A DNA stretch of 64,000 nucleotides, taken from NCBI RefSeq assembly GCF_009914755.1, contig NC_060948.1, one strand, 5' to 3'. The translations under genes and the position numbers were made by a program. The stretch comes from the human T2T-CHM13v2.0 reference genome, Homo sapiens. The notes below the pieces were generated by a model. It saw only the letters and a program-made list of their open reading frames with translations, was not told where the DNA came from and ran no database searches. Shown here piece after piece: positions 61,911-64,000 of the stretch. Position 1 is the first letter of the stretch, and every line of letters starts with the position of its first letter.

Positions 61911-64000
61911 AGATCCATATTTTTTAAATGAAAAAAAATTTCAAAGGTACTCTGCTTGGTACAATAATCAAATGTATAAACTGAGGAATAAAACATAACC
62001 ATGAAACCTACTTATAACTGCATATGGAAAATACAGAGGATAATTTTTTAAATAACATATTTTGAAAGCCTTAACTAGTAATTTGAAGAGTTGGCATTTG
62101 AAAGGCCAGTATGAATATACCTTCAAAGCAGCAACACAGGTTCCCCATGAGAAAAAGCAAACACAGGGAAAATAAAAACACAAAGGTTCAATCTCTTCTG
62201 ACCTTTGAAAGACACAGCACAGACAGTGGTCCTTAGGACGAAGAGCAGGAGACCCCTAATTCCGTCACCATGGCGATAGGGCATAAACATTGCTGGGTGA
62301 GGGCACAATCCACATTGTGAGGTCCAACTGCTGCCAGGAAGACAGGAGTGCTTTTACATAGACCGAAAGGTCATTGAAGGCTCAGAGTTTTGTTTCAAGA
62401 TCTGAATCCCAAGCCCACACGTTATTAGGCTGCGCTTCTTAAAACAAGTTATGAGATGGGAAAAAGGGCACCCACAAACATACGTATACATTATGTATAT
62501 AATAATATAGAGTGTCATATATATAATATATATAACCTATGTATAATATTGTTTTACATCCTGCATCTTATGTTATATATATTGTATAAAATATAATAAT
62601 TGATAATATATAAGTTTTATAATTATACAATATGACATATAGTATATATTATAATTTATGACATATATAATATATGTTATATATCATATACAGAATATAT
62701 TATACGGTTAATATACGTATTAAATATAAATTATACATTATATATATTATATATAATATATCTGTTATATATAATACCCGTTATGCATAATATATATATT
62801 ATGTCTATGTTATATATAGTATAAAACAACATATAATAATATATAATTGTATATATAAAATGCGACATATAATATATATTATATTTTATAACATATGTAA
62901 TATATATTATATATTATATATAATACGTTGTATGTATAATACCTATATTAAATATATATTATATGACTATGTTATTAATTACATGTCACATGTGTTATAT
63001 ATTATATATTTTACATAGAATATACCGGTTACATACCATATATACCATGTTACCTATAATGTATAATTTATTACATGTAAAATAAAGAATGCAATATATT
63101 ATGTATAATTTATAATATACAATATGTGGAATGTGATATATATAACATATAATATATGATATATGATATACAGTATATGATATATAACATACAATATATG
63201 ATTCCTAATATATATGGTATACAGTATATATTTTATGATATGTATTCTATATGTTTTATATTCTGTTATATATAACTATTTGAAATTATATATAACTGTA
63301 TAATATTTTATGTAAATATGTAATATAATATATATAACTATATAATATATTATATATAACTATATATTATGTTATATATACTTTTATAACATAATTTACA
63401 TAAAATATCATAATATAATATATATTATATTATTTCATATTACATAATATATATTACAAATCACCCAATATAACTAACATACATAATATTATAATATAGA
63501 TTATATTATGTTATATTAAATATCATATATATCATGTATCATATATTCTATAATATATATTACACATTATATAATATGTATGTTGTCTATTATGTGATAT
63601 ATATAACTATATATATAATTATATTTTTATACATATAACTAGATAAACATGTAATTCTACATATTTTCATTTATAATATGTAGAAGTATATAATCATATA
63701 TAATTATTTATATTCTATAAAAAATTTTATCATTATATAAATTATAATATATAAAAATTATAATATGTACTACAAATATATATATTATATATCATATATG
63801 ATATAGTACCTTTGTTATATATCATAATACATATAAATGTGTATTATGTTATCTATAATTATATAATTTCATATATAAGATGTATAATATTTATCATATA
63901 TTATATATGTTATGTAACATATATAGTATATATAAGATGACACAGGATAAATATTATATACTATGACATATAAAATATATGAGGTTATATGTTACATATA

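Overview
This window is human satellite DNA with no credible protein-coding gene, tRNA, rRNA or CRISPR array. It matches Yq12 heterochromatin and spans one DYZ1/DYZ2 block junction. Bases 1-36675 are a (GGAAT)n Human Satellite 3 array built from ~3.55-kb units (DYZ1; single HaeIII and EcoRI marker sites recur every 3534-3573 bp, the first interval is exactly 3564 bp). Bases 36676-64000 are a tandem array of 2418-2420-bp composite units (DYZ2/HSat1B), each made of a ~1.55-kb AT-rich block, a diverged minus-strand Alu and a ~0.58-kb moderately GC-rich HSATI-type segment. All listed ORFs are translation artefacts of the repeats. The observations most worth following up are: three perfect heat-shock elements (nGAAnnTTCnnGAAn) per DYZ1 unit; retained Pol III A/B-box matches in every DYZ2 Alu; an abrupt junction with 3-bp microhomology followed by a 768-bp-deleted first DYZ2 unit; and mosaic variant patterns that record recent duplications. 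Locus and family names come from recall of these families, not from a database search. All counts were made by eye.
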